Below are positions 12,500-27,234 of a stretch of 64,000 nucleotides of DNA, piece by piece. Made by a program: the position numbers and the translations under genes. This DNA is from Octopus vulgaris (Eukaryota). The stretch lies in the NCBI GenBank assembly GCA_951406725.2, contig OX597816.1, positions 110,608,001-110,672,000 of the forward strand, written 5' to 3'. Numbering within the stretch: position 1 is the first letter of the stretch; the number at the start of each line of letters is the position of its first letter. The notes beneath the pieces are model-generated. The model saw only the letters and a list, made by a program, of their open reading frames with translations, made no database searches and was not told where the DNA came from.

Positions 12500-13517
12500 T
12501 TTCCGCTGGAATTAAACGGACGGAATAAGATCGAAGCTATCAACACCTGGGCGTGTTCACTCCTTAGATATGGAGCAGTGGTAATCGCATGGGCAGTAGA
12601 CGAACTAAACAGCTTAGACAGAAAGGCAAGGAAGTTGCTAACGAGATATAGATCACTCCGCCCAAAAAGTGACACCGACAGACAATATCTACCAAGAAAA
12701 AGAGGTGGAAGAGAACTTATTTGATGCGAAAATAGCATTAGAGCAGAAGAAAAGAACATAGCATGGTATGTAAAAAATGCCACAGAACCGCGATTATTAG
12801 AAGTAGGAAGGTCAGGCTTATATAGGATCATAGATTGCAAAGATAAAAATAAAGAAAGTGATAAGTGCTGAATCTGTAGACAAAACAGTGAAATCGTATG
12901 GCATATTACCAGCCAATGAACGCTACTATCCCAGAAGGAATATAATATAAAAGACGCCACGACAATATAGCCAGGCTTGTCCATTGGACACTTTGCAACA
13001 AGTATGAACTTGATAGAGCAAAAATATTGGTACGACCACAATCCTGAAGGCATCATTGAAAATGGAAAAGCAAAGATCCTATGGGATTTTATGATTCAGT
13101 GAGACCATGAGATAGAGAATAGGAAACCGGACATAGTCTTAATTGAGAAAACAAACTATGTTGGATCATAGATATAGCATGCCCAACTGACAACAAGGTA
13201 TGCGATAAGGAAAAAAAGAAAAGTCGAGAGACATGACAGGTTAGCTTGGGAAGTTAATCAGTTGTTGTCGATGAAAAAGTTATCAGTAGTACTAATAAGC
13301 GTCGGAGCCCTGGGAAATGTGTGCATAAATCTCGAGAAGTACGTGGAATAAATAGGGGCTGTAGCAAGTGTGGAGCACTTGCTGAAAACAGCACTCCTAG
13401 GAACCGCTCGAATAGTCAGGAAGGTGCTCGAAAAATAAGAGGTGTTACCTTAGTTCACTGGTAGTGAACAGCTGACACTGTAATACATCTTCAGTGTTAG
13501 AAGCTGTGCAAAGGCAA
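12500..13517 (+). mobile_element. R4/Dong-clade non-LTR retrotransposon 3' fragment, family A copy 1
   Basis: LNGRNKIEAINTWA..LDRKARKLLT..HPK-like..LPRKRGGR, RHDNIARLVHW, ILWDF..RKPDIV (RLE endonuclease), 3' UTR ending in (TAA)n. Confidence 0.85.
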
Positions 13518-13535
13518 TAATAATAATAATAATAA

Positions 13536-14745
13536 GTAGACGGGATATTGGAAGAAAGAAAATTTTAAGACAGAGTACTTGCGCAGACTAAGACGGATAC
13601 TTAAGTCGAAATTAAACGGACGAAATAAGGTTAAATCTATCAACACAAGGGTGGTTTCACTACTTAGATATGGAGCAGGGGTCATCGCATCGATAGTAAA
13701 AGAACTAATGAGCTTTGACTGAAAGACAAGGAAGTTGCTGACTAGATATGGGATACTCCACCCAAAACGTAATACAGATAGGCTGTAAGTACCAAGAAAA
13801 GGATGGGGAACAGCAGTGATTTGATGCAAGCACAGCATTAGATTAGGGGAAAACAACCTAGCATGGTATATAAAAAATTCCACAGAACCACTATTACTGG
13901 AAGTAAAAAGGTCATGCTTGTGTAGGATGGAAGATTGCAAAGATAAAACACTGTACACACACTTGAGAATGAATGAAACTGAAATTGGGTGGATAAAGAA
14001 AACAATTCATGGATATTGTCATAGAAATGTTGAAAACAAGATAGAGAACAAAAATGACTATGTACGACTGAAATTGATTTAAAACCGGAAACGGAAACTC
14101 TAATCTGTGCTGCTCAAGAGCAAGCATTAAGAACTTATTACATCAAATACAGAACAGACAACACATCAGAAAGAGATAAGTGCAGAATTTGTGCACAAAG
14201 TTTTTGAAACCGTATGGTATGTAGCAGTCTATATACGCCACTAGCCAAAGCGACGTCATGACAATATAGCAAGGATTGTCAATTGGAAACTTGGCAAAAA
14301 GTATGTACTTCACAGAGCAAAACATTGGTACGAACATAAACCCGAAGGCATCATCGAAAATGATAATGCAAAGATTCTATGGGACTTTATGATTCGGTGC
14401 GACCATGAGATAAAGAATAGGAAAGGAGATATAGTGTTAATTCAGAAAGAAAGCGAACGATGTTGGATCACATATGTAGCATGCCAAGCTGACAAGTTAT
14501 GCGATAAAGAAGAAAGAAAAGTCGATAGATATGACAGGTTAGCTTGGGAGATTAATCGGTTGTTTTCGCTGGAAAAGGTAGTAGTAGTAGTACAAATAAT
14601 TGTCAACATGGGACAAATAGGGGCTGCTTGGAACTGCGCGAATACACCGAATGGTGCTCGAAATATAAGGTATGCTACCTTAGTTCTCTGGTAGTGAACA
14701 GCTGGCACCGTAATACATCTACAGCGATAGAAGCTGTGCAAAGAC
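13536..14745 (+). mobile_element. R4/Dong-clade 3' fragment, family A copy 2
   Basis: Paralogous to 12500..13517 with the same 3' UTR (ccttagttctctggtagtgaacagctg..agaagctgtgcaaag). Starts directly after the (TAA)n tail of copy 1. Confidence 0.85.
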
Positions 14746-14762
14746 AATTCCACTAAAAATGA

Positions 14763-14891
<129 letters not shown>

Positions 14892-14898
14892 TATCTAC

Positions 14899-16190
<1,292 letters not shown>

Positions 16191-16192
16191 AA

Positions 16193-16986
16193 TGCTCTGA
16201 TGCAGTACCAGGCAGTGGCTTTCATGGCTTTTGATCTTAACTGATTGGAGGTGTTATCATTTATATTGTTTTGTCTTGGTTTAAAAGATGGGCAACAGCA
16301 AATATTCCGCTCAATACCACAGATTTGCTTGTCAGATTCTTGACCTTAACCAGTTGAGCATGTCCCTTAATGGCTGACGATATGTGCAGCTCTAATCGCA
16401 TGCAGAGTTAGTTAAGGAGCATCATACCCATGTGTTGAGAGGAATTCTTTAGGATTTTGATAATTCACTTTTGAAACCATAGAAAATTTGTTCATTCATC
16501 ATCCTTAAACAATCTTTTTTAGGGACTTTTTGAGCGGTATGGGCTATTTGACCTGACGAAAGTTCTAAATTGGCATCACCTGCAATGTCATACACTGTTA
16601 TCTTGATATAATATCACTATGTCACTCACATATATTAAGGCCGCGAGCTGGCAGAAACGTTAGCACGCCGGGGGAAATGCTTAGCTGTATTTCATCTACC
16701 ACTACGTTCTGAGTTCAAATTCCGCCGAGGTCGACTTTGCCTTTCATCCTTTCAGGGTCGATTAAATAAGTACCAGTTACGCACTGGGGTCGACGTAATC
16801 GACTTAATCCATTTGTCTGTCCTTGTTTGTCCCCTCTGTGTTTAGCCTCTTGTGGGTAGTAAAGAAATATATAATTGTGATGCATGTGCTTGGTGTAAAT
16901 TTATCAGACGGGTAGTCATGATGGGTATAGTGGTTTTCGTATATTTTACCCGTGTCACTTTGATGGCATGCTCTGCTCTTTCATTC
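16193..16986 (+). mobile_element. ~560-bp non-coding TAA-associated element (N family) copy 1, interrupted by a SINE
   Basis: Colinear with 17906..18700, 42778..43333(-) and 61175..61420; ends in (TAA)n. Confidence 0.8.
16637..16869 (+). mobile_element. full-length tRNA-derived Nin-domain SINE nested in the N element
   Basis: A-box-like tggcagaaacgtt, B box gagttcaaattcc, Nin-like gtcgactttgcctttcatcctttcagggtcgattaaataagtaccag. Confidence 0.9.
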
Positions 16987-17016
<30 letters not shown>

Positions 17017-17019
<3 letters not shown>

Positions 17020-17798
17020 AAGCTCAGGACTCAAAGCAGAAACAGAGGGATTTTTAATTGCAGCACAAGACCAAAGCCTCCCCACCAGAAATTACCAAAA
17101 ACATGTAATGAAAAGAAATATTACAAGTAACTGCAGAATACGTGGAGATGGACAAGAAACAATAAATCATATTATCTCTAGCTGCCCAGTCCTGGCTAAG
17201 AAGGAATATATTCACAGACATGACAGAGTTGGAACCTACATACATTGGAAGCTATGCCAACATTATGGAATAACAACAGAAAAAAGATGGTATAGGCACA
17301 CACCAGAAAAGGTCACAGAAAACGAGAAAGCAACCATACTCTGGGATATGCCGATACACACAGATAGAGAAATTAAGGCCAACAGACCAGATATAGTTGT
17401 CAGAGATCATGAAGAAAAAAAATGCTTTCTAATTGATGTATCAATACCGGCTGATGACAACGTGTCTCTAAAAGAAATGGAGAAACTCTCAAAATACAAA
17501 GACCTGGAAATAGAGGTAACTAGAATGTGGAATCTGAAAACAGAAACAATTCCTATCATAGTAGGTGCATTAGGCATGATGAAAAAATATTCAGACAAAC
17601 ACATAACAAAAACACCAGGACTTACAAACACATATAACATACAGAAAATTGCACTACTAAGCACTGCACACATCCTACGCAGAACACTTTCCATACAATA
17701 ACCATCAGAGCATCACAACAAATCACAGCACATACCCAAGGCACACAGATCTGCGCTCGGTAGTGAAGTGAAAGCACGCTATAAAAATAAAACTACTG
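17017..17798 (+). mobile_element. R4/Dong-clade 3' fragment, family B copy 2 (open frame to the natural stop at 17701)
   Basis: 228-aa ORF with TEGFLIAAQDQ, zinc knuckle region, RHD, ILWD..NRPDIV..IDVSIP..EKLSKY (PD-(D/E)xK RLE). (TAA)n on both sides. Confidence 0.92.
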
Positions 17799-17817
17799 AA
17801 TAATAATAATAATAATA

Positions 17818-17892
<75 letters not shown>

Positions 17893-17905
17893 TAATAATA
17901 ATAAT

Positions 17906-18700
17906 TCCAGGCAGTAGCTCTCATGCCCTTTGATCTTGATCTTGATTGGACGTGTTACCTCCATGATTTGTCTTGGAGTAAACGATGGGATTCACCGAAT
18001 ATTCTGCTCACTACCACATATTTGCTTGTCAGTTGCTTGACCACAACCAGTTGAGCATGTCTATTAGTAGCTGATGGTATTTGCATCTCTGATTACGAGT
18101 AGAGGTAGTGTAGGGCAAAAAAAAAGATTATTCATTGACCTTTTGAGCTAGATAGGATATTTGACCTGAAGAAAATTCTAACCGGGCCCCACCTGATCAT
18201 GAGCAGAGGTAGTGCAGATCAAAACCATGTGTTGAGAGAAATCCATTGGTGTTTACTCTTTTACTCTTTTACTCTTTTACTTGCTTCAGTCATTTGACTG
18301 CGGCCATACTGGAGCACCGCCTTTAATCGAGCAACTCGACCCCGGGACTTATTCTTTGTTAGCCCAGTACTTATTCTATCGGTGACTCTTTTGCCGAACC
18401 GCTAAGTGACGGGGATAATTTACTTCTGGAAAACTGGTTGTTTTATTTCAACATCCTTAAACAAATCTTATTCAGGGACTTTCTTAGCCTGATGGGCTAC
18501 TAAACCTGAAGAAAATTCTGAACTCCACCGGTGAGGTCATGCGCTGTCTATTTTGATATGAGATCATCATATCGCGCAAATATTGTTGAGATCTATGTAC
18601 CTGGTGTTAACTTATCAGATGGGTAGTCATGATGAGTACATTTGGTTTCGTATATTTGTACCCTAGTGTCACTTTCATGGCATGCACTGCTCTCTCACTC
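17906..18700 (+). mobile_element. N family element copy 2, with internal duplication and SINE insertion
   Basis: Same sequence as 16193..16986. Segment ~18128-18225 duplicated. Flanked by (TAA)n at 17799-17904 and 18701-18901. Confidence 0.8.
18253..18414 (-). mobile_element. second SINE family, 3' part with (AAAAGAGTA)n tail
   Basis: tttactcttt repeats then cagtcatttgactgcggccatactggagcaccgcc..gccgaaccgctaagt; related to 51852..51972. Confidence 0.65.
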
Positions 18701-18747
<47 letters not shown>

Positions 18748-18827
18748 TGATAATAATAATAATAATAATAATAATGATAATAATAATAACAATAATAACA
18801 ATAATAATAATAATAATAATAATAATG

Positions 18828-18904
<77 letters not shown>

Positions 18905-20312
18905 AAGAGAAAGAGAGAAGAATAGGTAGAAGAAAATGAAGAACAACAAAAACAGCAACAACAGCGAAATCGATAACAACAGCAGCAACAGTAACAAAAT
19001 TGATTTTACTATAATTACTATAAATTTGCTCCACCGAGTTTTATATATTGCATTGTTTTAATTGTCGATATTTTCGGTTTTTTGACTAGCCTGTTAAACA
19101 CCTTTAACCAAATTATTCCTTTGCTAGAAAATACCAAATGTCTCAGGTTTCAAGCAAGAAGGGAAACTTATTTTTTTTATTTAATTTGTGGTGTACAGCT
19201 AATATATTATTGACAGTCTTTCTATATAAAATTCAGTAAGATGGAGATTCAGCTGAATGAAAAGCAGAGGAGACAATTCCAGGGTCTTTCTGAGTGCTAT
19301 ATCTTCTACTTGGCTTTAGCTTGTCAATAATGTACCTCGTTGAATAATAATTCTCTGCTAAAAAGTCTTATTCTGGTTTGCATTATTGTTTTGATCAGGA
19401 TGCATCACCGAACTACATAATCCCGCTATAATATCAATAATTGCTCCCTGCTCTATTAGACAATGACTACCTTTCCATTTAAAATGATATCTGATTTGGC
19501 TGCCAAAACATTGGTAAGTTATATTATTTGACTCAGCTACACAGTGCAATATCGAACACAAGAACAGATTTATGACCCATACAGAAAACGGTTCAAGCAG
19601 AACCTTATTTGTTAATTCATTGTGCCTCGTAACCTTTCATACAAATATTGAATAGAATTGCTACGCTACTTTCTAAATGAGTAACAAAATCTCATGTTTT
19701 ATTTACAATGATCAACAATATTTTGTATTCAGCCATACAACTTTGTTTCAATACCTTTCATTGTCTACATTTCATTGCTAATATACTCTCTCTGTTATTG
19801 TCATCGTTGTTGTTTCACAATAATTGTTGATATTGATGAAAATAGAGTTATTGAAATATATTCATAGAGTATATGACATGTTGTATTATTTTAATGTCAC
19901 CCCGATGTTGCTAAAGCATTTTATGTATTCAGAAAATATAGAGTTTTCTTCTCAGATTCTATTAGAAACCGGACACAATAAATGAATAACAATGCAGAGT
20001 AATCTTAATACAAAGACGCTTAATCGTTATATATGTAAATGTATATGTGAGATTGTGTGCATGAAGGTATGTATGTATATACGTATATGAAATTATATAT
20101 GTATATACGTGCATACATTATATAATACTTATATACATATATATATAGACCGAAGGAAAAAGAGAGATAAAGACATACATTCATATATATATATAGAGAG
20201 AAACTAATATACATATTCACATATATACACAGATGTAAACTTGCTCTGATATATGTAAGTATATACATGTATATATGCACAGGTTTAAGTGCATTATTTC
20301 TTTGCATATATG

Positions 20313-20348
<36 letters not shown>

Positions 20349-21426
20349 TATATGTATATATATATATGCATTTAAAAATATGTGTGTGTGCGTACGTACG
20401 TCTGTGTATGTATGTATATGTATTTTTGTGTGTATGTGTGTCTGTGTGTGTGTTTGTCAGTATTGTCCAAGCGACTGTCTCGTCGAATTCAAAATTCATT
20501 TTAGGGTGAGACATCTGCTTCCTACACAGTTCAGTCTTTCAACACACAAACACTTCGTGCAACAATTACTTTTCTACAACGGACGCTTGTGTTTAATATT
20601 AATTCCAAATACATAAGGGAAGACACACATCCCATCGCCTTCAAATGAAATGCGGAGATATTTTTAAAAAGATACCAGATAATCAACCTACATGGGATTA
20701 CACTTCGGTCAACAACTCTCTACTTGAATGTCTCATAATAATAAAAATTGACTTTGAAATGGCTTAATAGATTCTAGATAACGTCAGGTGATTTTACGTT
20801 AGACATTACTCGAGAAAAATTTTTCCAGGTGGCGTTGTAGAGAATACTTTTGTATGTTTTAAGCAGATCCCAAAAACAAAGTCAGTGATTCCTTCTATTT
20901 TATTAGGGATTGATCTGTGGCATGACTTAATTCTCGTAATGTTTTGTTTGGTGTGAGGCGATCATTGAAGGCAAGAGGAGAAAGAAGAGAATAGGGGAAT
21001 ATTGACACCTGGCTCTCTGGAGTGGAAACGTCATAGGATTTAGAAGCTCAGCCTACAAGCCATAGCGACTTTGATGTTGATGTGAGCACTCCGGCTGCCA
21101 TCGTTGTTCTCAATATCTCCCAGGCATCGGTTATTATTTGATGCCGTGAGTAGCTCATTTGAAGGAAGAAATTATCGTCGATTGAGTGCATTCCCTTTTC
21201 CAAAATGCATGAGTGCAACTGTTATCTCATTTAAAAGCACTTTTCACTCCTTAAATACAGGGCAAACTGGAGATTAATTTCGTGTTCATCGCTACTGGTA
21301 AGGTTTTGAAGCTCGGAGTGATCTACAATTATTCTTACTTTAATGTACTTGATCACACAGACGCACATGCACACATACACATACTCACACACTCCCACAC
21401 ACACACACAAAGCACACACGTACGTA

Positions 21427-21494
<68 letters not shown>
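21427..21494. repeat. (TAA)n microsatellite
   Basis: Direct reading. Confidence 0.95.
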
Positions 21495-21495
<1 letters not shown>

Positions 21496-21702
21496 CCTTT
21501 CTACTGTAGTTACAAGGCTTGAAATTTTTGTGGAGGGAGCTAGTTGATTACATTGACTGCAGTGCGTAACGGTTGCTTCTTTCATCGACACCGAAAGGAT
21601 GAAAGGTACAGTCGACCTCAACAGAATTTGAACTTAGAACGTAAAGATCGACGAAACGCCGCTAAGCATTTTGCCCACCACGATGATTCCGCCAGCCCAC
21701 CC
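21495..21702 (-). mobile_element. Nin-domain SINE, diverged
   Basis: aaaggatgaaaggtacagtcgacctc..aatttgaactt..gctaagcatttt is the family reverse complement. Confidence 0.75.
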
Positions 21703-22676
21703 CGTAATAATAGCTTTGTTTTGTGGGTTTCTTCTTTTCCAGGTTATTTCGCATGCTTTCAACGAACGTGACGTCGAAATCACGTGCAAACGATTCCTTT
21801 CCTCAGAAAAGGAAAGATTTGGCTAGTATGTCTTGCAAGCCCTGCTACCGCGTAACAGGTATTTTGGGACTTTTATCGCAAATAGCTGTTACGTGGTAGC
21901 AGGCATGCTAGAAATAGCAGCAAAACCTTTGGAGGTGTGATACGTTGAATGCACTCGAAAAAATACCTATGAGCTTACGAACGGGTCTTTTATGAAATAT
22001 TTGCCATATTTTTTAATTCATTTTCACTTTAAAATATTTTTTGAATATGTCAAAAATAATTCTTATAATGGTATTCACTTAAAAATAATTTTAAAAAACA
22101 TTATAATATTGTCTGTTTAAAGAAAGCTAAAACATAAATACTTACTATACAAACAACTTACATTTTTGAAATCATATTCACCTAAAAATATTTCTAAAGG
22201 ATAAGACTATTGTGTTTAACAAAACCGAAAATAGAAACATTTACAGTAAAAAGAAAACAAATCTTATTTTTTCGTTGCCAAACCACTGCCTAATCAATAG
22301 GTTAGAGTTTCTCCCCTTTCAGGATAATGTTATATTCAGAACATTATGCACCGATTTGGGTATTTATATCCCCAAACCCCTAATATCTCATTAACTACGG
22401 CTCCAATTTACGCGAAACTTATTTCATTCCGTTCGTATTGACATTAATGGGTATTTTGATTCATAGTATTTTCCAATTATGCGCCAGTTTGGTTGGTTAA
22501 CAGTGCAAGCAAGATTCAAATAATGGCAATAATTATTATTAATAATAATAATAATAATAATAATAGTATTTTATAAGCTTAAAGCTTATAAGCAATTACC
22601 GCGCATTGATTAAGGTAAAGAGTCTAATAGTGGAGCATATAAGACCTCAACGGAAAAGAAGTAGAGTTTGCCGTAC

Positions 22677-22728
<52 letters not shown>

Positions 22729-22729
<1 letters not shown>

Positions 22730-22992
22730 GTCCTGTTTTTGTCACTTGTTTTACCCCTCTGCAAAAGAATTTTATTTAATTCCTTTTGCAGGAAGGACTG
22801 CTTCGACTGTGTTCTGTCCTTACCTTCGAAACACACTTTGAGTCGAACCAGGGACAGCTGATGAAGGGGAATTTTCCTTGTATTGTTTGTCCTGTACTCT
22901 GTTTATTCGTTGTTTAAAAAAAGTCCGTTTCCTTGTTTCATTTTATGTTCTCGTCTCTCGTTGTGTTCTACGTTTATTTGTGGTGTCCTGTA

Positions 22993-22996
<4 letters not shown>
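22729..22996 (+). mobile_element. (TA)n-embedded non-coding repeat, probable Penelope-type 3'/pLTR fragment
   Basis: Homologous to the reverse complement of 52965..53245 and to 53772..53806. (TA)n on both sides. Confidence 0.6.
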
Positions 22997-23044
<48 letters not shown>

Positions 23045-23123
23045 CATGTATATATACATGTAGATGTAAGTATGTACATATATGTATGTATAAATGCATA
23101 TATTTTATATATACATACATACA

Positions 23124-23155
<32 letters not shown>

Positions 23156-23891
23156 CACAACATATACTGAGATTAGTATGCGTACTTGTATGAGGGGGTG
23201 TGCGTGCACACGCGAGTAGGGGAAAAAAGGCTCATCGCTAAGAAATTAACCAAGTGAAGTGTGTACAATGACATATATAAATGCTTCATTTTTGATATTA
23301 GAGATGTCAGGCATACATTTAATCTTCTGCTTATAGAAGACTACACAGTAGTTCAGGCTTTTATATACATTTCCAAGTCTACACAAAGCAGAGAATTTAC
23401 ACAGCTGAAGCACATATGCCCATAATTGTTCTTGTGTGGCACTGACAGGAGCAAAACAACTACTGATTATCAAATAGAATCTTAACAACATTTGTAAACC
23501 GGCCAAATCAAAACTGCATATAGAAGGTAGAATCATATGCAAGAATGACTTTTGAAATAATTGTGTTGAACGAAATACCAAGGTGTGTAAGTGGAAACGT
23601 AATATAATTTGCCTTTCTTCCATTAAGGTTTGTGAAATATTAACAATCTTTGGAAACATAACAGCTGATGTTTCTCTGTACATTGTAGAAGCTTGTACGG
23701 CTTGCAAACAATTATTTCACTGAATACTGCATGTGCTATAAGAGCGGATTATGAACGTAATTAGTTACGTGTATGCATTATCTTGAAAAGTAACAGAAAT
23801 ACAATTTGTGCATGTTTGATGTGATTGTTACAAAAGTAACAATGCTCCTGTTATTGTTGTCGTTGTTGTGGTTCTTCTTCTTGTTGTTGTT

Positions 23892-23910
23892 GATGATGAT
23901 GATGATGGTC

Positions 23911-23947
<37 letters not shown>

Positions 23948-24000
23948 CGACGATGATGAGGATAATGATGATGGCGATGATGATGATGATGATGATGATG

Positions 24001-24035
<35 letters not shown>
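23892..24035. repeat. (GAT)n followed by (CAT)n, an inverted microsatellite
   Basis: Direct reading; palindrome centre GATC at 24000-24003. Confidence 0.9.
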
Positions 24036-24212
24036 GGTGACGGCGATGATGAAGCTGCTATTGATGACAGTGCTGCTTATGGTGAGAGTGGTATATTCGG
24101 TGGATCTTATGGCGAGAGTGCTGCTTATGGTGAGAGTGGTATATGGCGGCGGTTGTAGTGAGGTACATCATAAGAATGCGTGTATATATATGGACATGGA
24201 TATAAGATAATA

Positions 24213-24268
<56 letters not shown>

Positions 24269-24284
24269 ATTGTATATATATATG

Positions 24285-24324
<40 letters not shown>

Positions 24325-24370
24325 CATATATATATATATACACATACACATATGCACACACACACACACA

Positions 24371-25185
24371 AAATGGACAAAATTTGACATCGCGGAGTCA
24401 TCAAGTACCTGCAGAGAGAGGGTTTAGACCAGAAGGTCATTCATGCTGAAATGGGTGCTATGCCTCAGCTTTATCATTAGTGAAAATATGAGCAGCTGAA
24501 TTTAGAAGGGGGAGAATGAGTTTTGAAGGTGACCCAAATTGCTGACGTCCTACTACTGCCACCATCGACGAGAGCATTGATCCTGGAACGCACAATGGTG
24601 ATTGATGACAGGTAACTGACTACACATTGAACAGCATATCACGTGGCAGAGCTGAGAACATGGCATAACGAACGATGTTGCTCTGCCGGTGCCACGTCGT
24701 CTAACAGCTGATGAAAAGTACACCAGGCTGATCTAAACATGAGAATATCTGACATTGTTTGAGGGAGATCCAGCTGATTTTCTTGAACGTCTGGTAAGCC
24801 ATTATGAGCGTTGATTTCACCTCATTGATTCAGAAGAAGGAAGCAATCTATGCAGTTGAAACACACTTCCTCACCTTATCCAAAGAAGGCTAAGCTGTTT
24901 CTATTTGCAGGGAACGTAATTGCCTCAGGTTGATTTGGATTCAAAGGGCATGATGTTTATTAACCTTAACATCAATGGATAGTACTATGTCAACTTGCTG
25001 AGGCATTTACAAAAGAGCTATCGTAACCAAATGTCCAGGGAAGCTAATGAAAGTTGTCATGCTTCGTGAGGATAATGCTCCAACACAGAATTCCTTGGTT
25101 TCAGTGGCTGTTGTACGTGTGTGGTGGCTTTGAACTGGCTGATCACCCTGCCTATACTTCTGATTTGGACCCGTCTGACTTTGTT
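24371..25185 (+). mobile_element. degraded mariner (irritans-like) transposase relic
   Basis: [16 protein letters not shown].., SPYPKKAK..AGNVIAS..D, DNAP, DHPAYTSDLDPSDF (YSPDLAPSD-like). Same family as 57872..58826. Confidence 0.75.
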
Positions 25186-27234
25186 ATTTATATTCACTTT
25201 TATATCCGGACACAAAATTTCCGCACCGTGTATTACATTGCAATAGCTTTACATAACGATATGCATACTTAGGACGTAACTCTGTAACTCTGTTCTGCGT
25301 GTCATTTGGCATAAATCTAACTTTATAATGGAAGGAATATCTACCTGCTTTTCTCGCTTTTATCAGTTGAAAACATTACAAATTTTATCACCATATTTAT
25401 CTCTCAGTTTCCGTTTTGCGAAAAATTCTTTCTTTTATTTTTTTAAACGCAGATTACGGACGCTCGAAATTCCAAGTTAGCATTAGGCATTAGTACAATT
25501 CTGATATAAATTGAACGGTTTATTTCGGGAAACTCTGCATGCATTTCAGTTTATAACATATGCTGACAAAGAAGACACAGAAATATACTAAACAATAAAT
25601 TTGGATTTGAAACGGGCAAATTATTTTTAAAAAAAAGAGAAAAATTAGCTGTATTTAATTTTTAGCGATCGCAATGCTCTTTCAAGTGAAGTATAATATG
25701 ACGTATTTTGTACAGCATAAAGGTGGATAGACTCCAAATTTATCATTAGGTTAAATCGTGTGTTGTTTTTTTGTATCTGGACAATGACATTATCTAATAC
25801 GTTAGAGGTATATTTGGGGTAACGTTCTTGAGGTTAAAATACTTTCTTTTTTCTGGAAGAAGTGAGACCACAATAATTTCTCTAAAACTGTACGTGATAT
25901 CAAATGTAGACTTAACATTTTTTGAAGTTTAGTAAATATTCTTTCAATAGTAATACAAGTCCAAATAACATCCGTAGATTTTGCTTGTAATACCTTAAAA
26001 AGATTAAGAAAATTGGAAAATGCAACAAAATATTTCAAATATTGTTTCGAAACCTACTTACTTAAATTCTTTTACCATGCAAAAAAACTGCTTTTCAGGA
26101 ATAGTTTTAAGGTGATGTTTTGTCTTCTACATACTTTCTATCAGTTGTAAACAATCAAGGTGAATACATAATCGTGTTTGAGCGAGAATGGGAGCGAGCA
26201 TTTTGACACAAATGATGATAAACTATTTAATACTGAATAAACTGCATTGCACTCCGGATTGTGAAAAGCAACTTCACGTAAAATAATAAAGCTGTAAATA
26301 GTGTATAGTACTCCTCCATACGATGTATCTGTCCCTCTGTTACCCTCTGTCTGTCTGTTTTTCTCACTCATATTTTCATACTCTCTCTCTCTCTCTATCG
26401 ATTTTACCTGAACACCTTTGAGTTCGCTACTAGAACAGCTGTGTCAAGGGATATTTGACCAACCATATTTCTTTCAAATTCCTCTATGTTCTTTCTTGCT
26501 AAATACGAAAGAACCTAAGCATTTCTATCTTAGGTAACATCGGGAAATCTGAGGAATATTTCGCAAATTTATACATTTCTCAAAGGGCAGCGTAAAATGT
26601 ATTGAAGTTTAGAGAAGCAACTAATATCAAGAGTTCTTTCCATGAGAATACACATACATTTTGTACTCTCTTTTTAAATTATGGATTAGCTCGTTGGTCA
26701 AAGTTGATGGCACGCTTTTAAAAACTGTACAAATAAACACGTGGGAATGTTGACTGGTGACTGCTGGTGCTGCTAACTACGGTTGCTTTCGGAGTAAGAG
26801 ACGACCAGAAAGAGAATTTGCTAAGAAATAGAAGAGAGGGAGAGTTTTCCCTTAAGGGAAAAGAAGCAATCAGGGCTTATAATCTTTCTTTGTTTTTTGT
26901 TGTTGTTTTTTTTGCTTTATAATTATTATGCGAGTTCTTTTTCATATGAGTGAGGCAACATATGAAATAAAATTTCCATATTACTCATCCCCACCTCATT
27001 TTGGGTATCCTAGTAGCTGCATTTATATAATGTTACAATTTTCCCTCTACTCCACTACGCAGAGCCCTAACTTACCATAGTCGCCTCTGTTTTCAGTTAA
27101 ATCAGCTTTATCATGAAAACTCAAATACAAATCTTGCATTCCTACATAGTATGCTATTGGGATACATTGTTTTACGTACAAGCATTAAATCCTTCGTAGG
27201 TGATATTCTAAATTGCTTAAAAATACACATCATA

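Noticed and set aside
16637-16730. tRNA gene
   Set aside because: A/B boxes belong to a SINE head; no complete cloverleaf.
19399-19513. AG..GTAAGT bounded exon-like segment
   Set aside because: Stops in all three frames.
23246-23707. 153-aa minus-strand ORF
   Set aside because: Non-ATG start, no recognisable motif and no clear splice boundaries.
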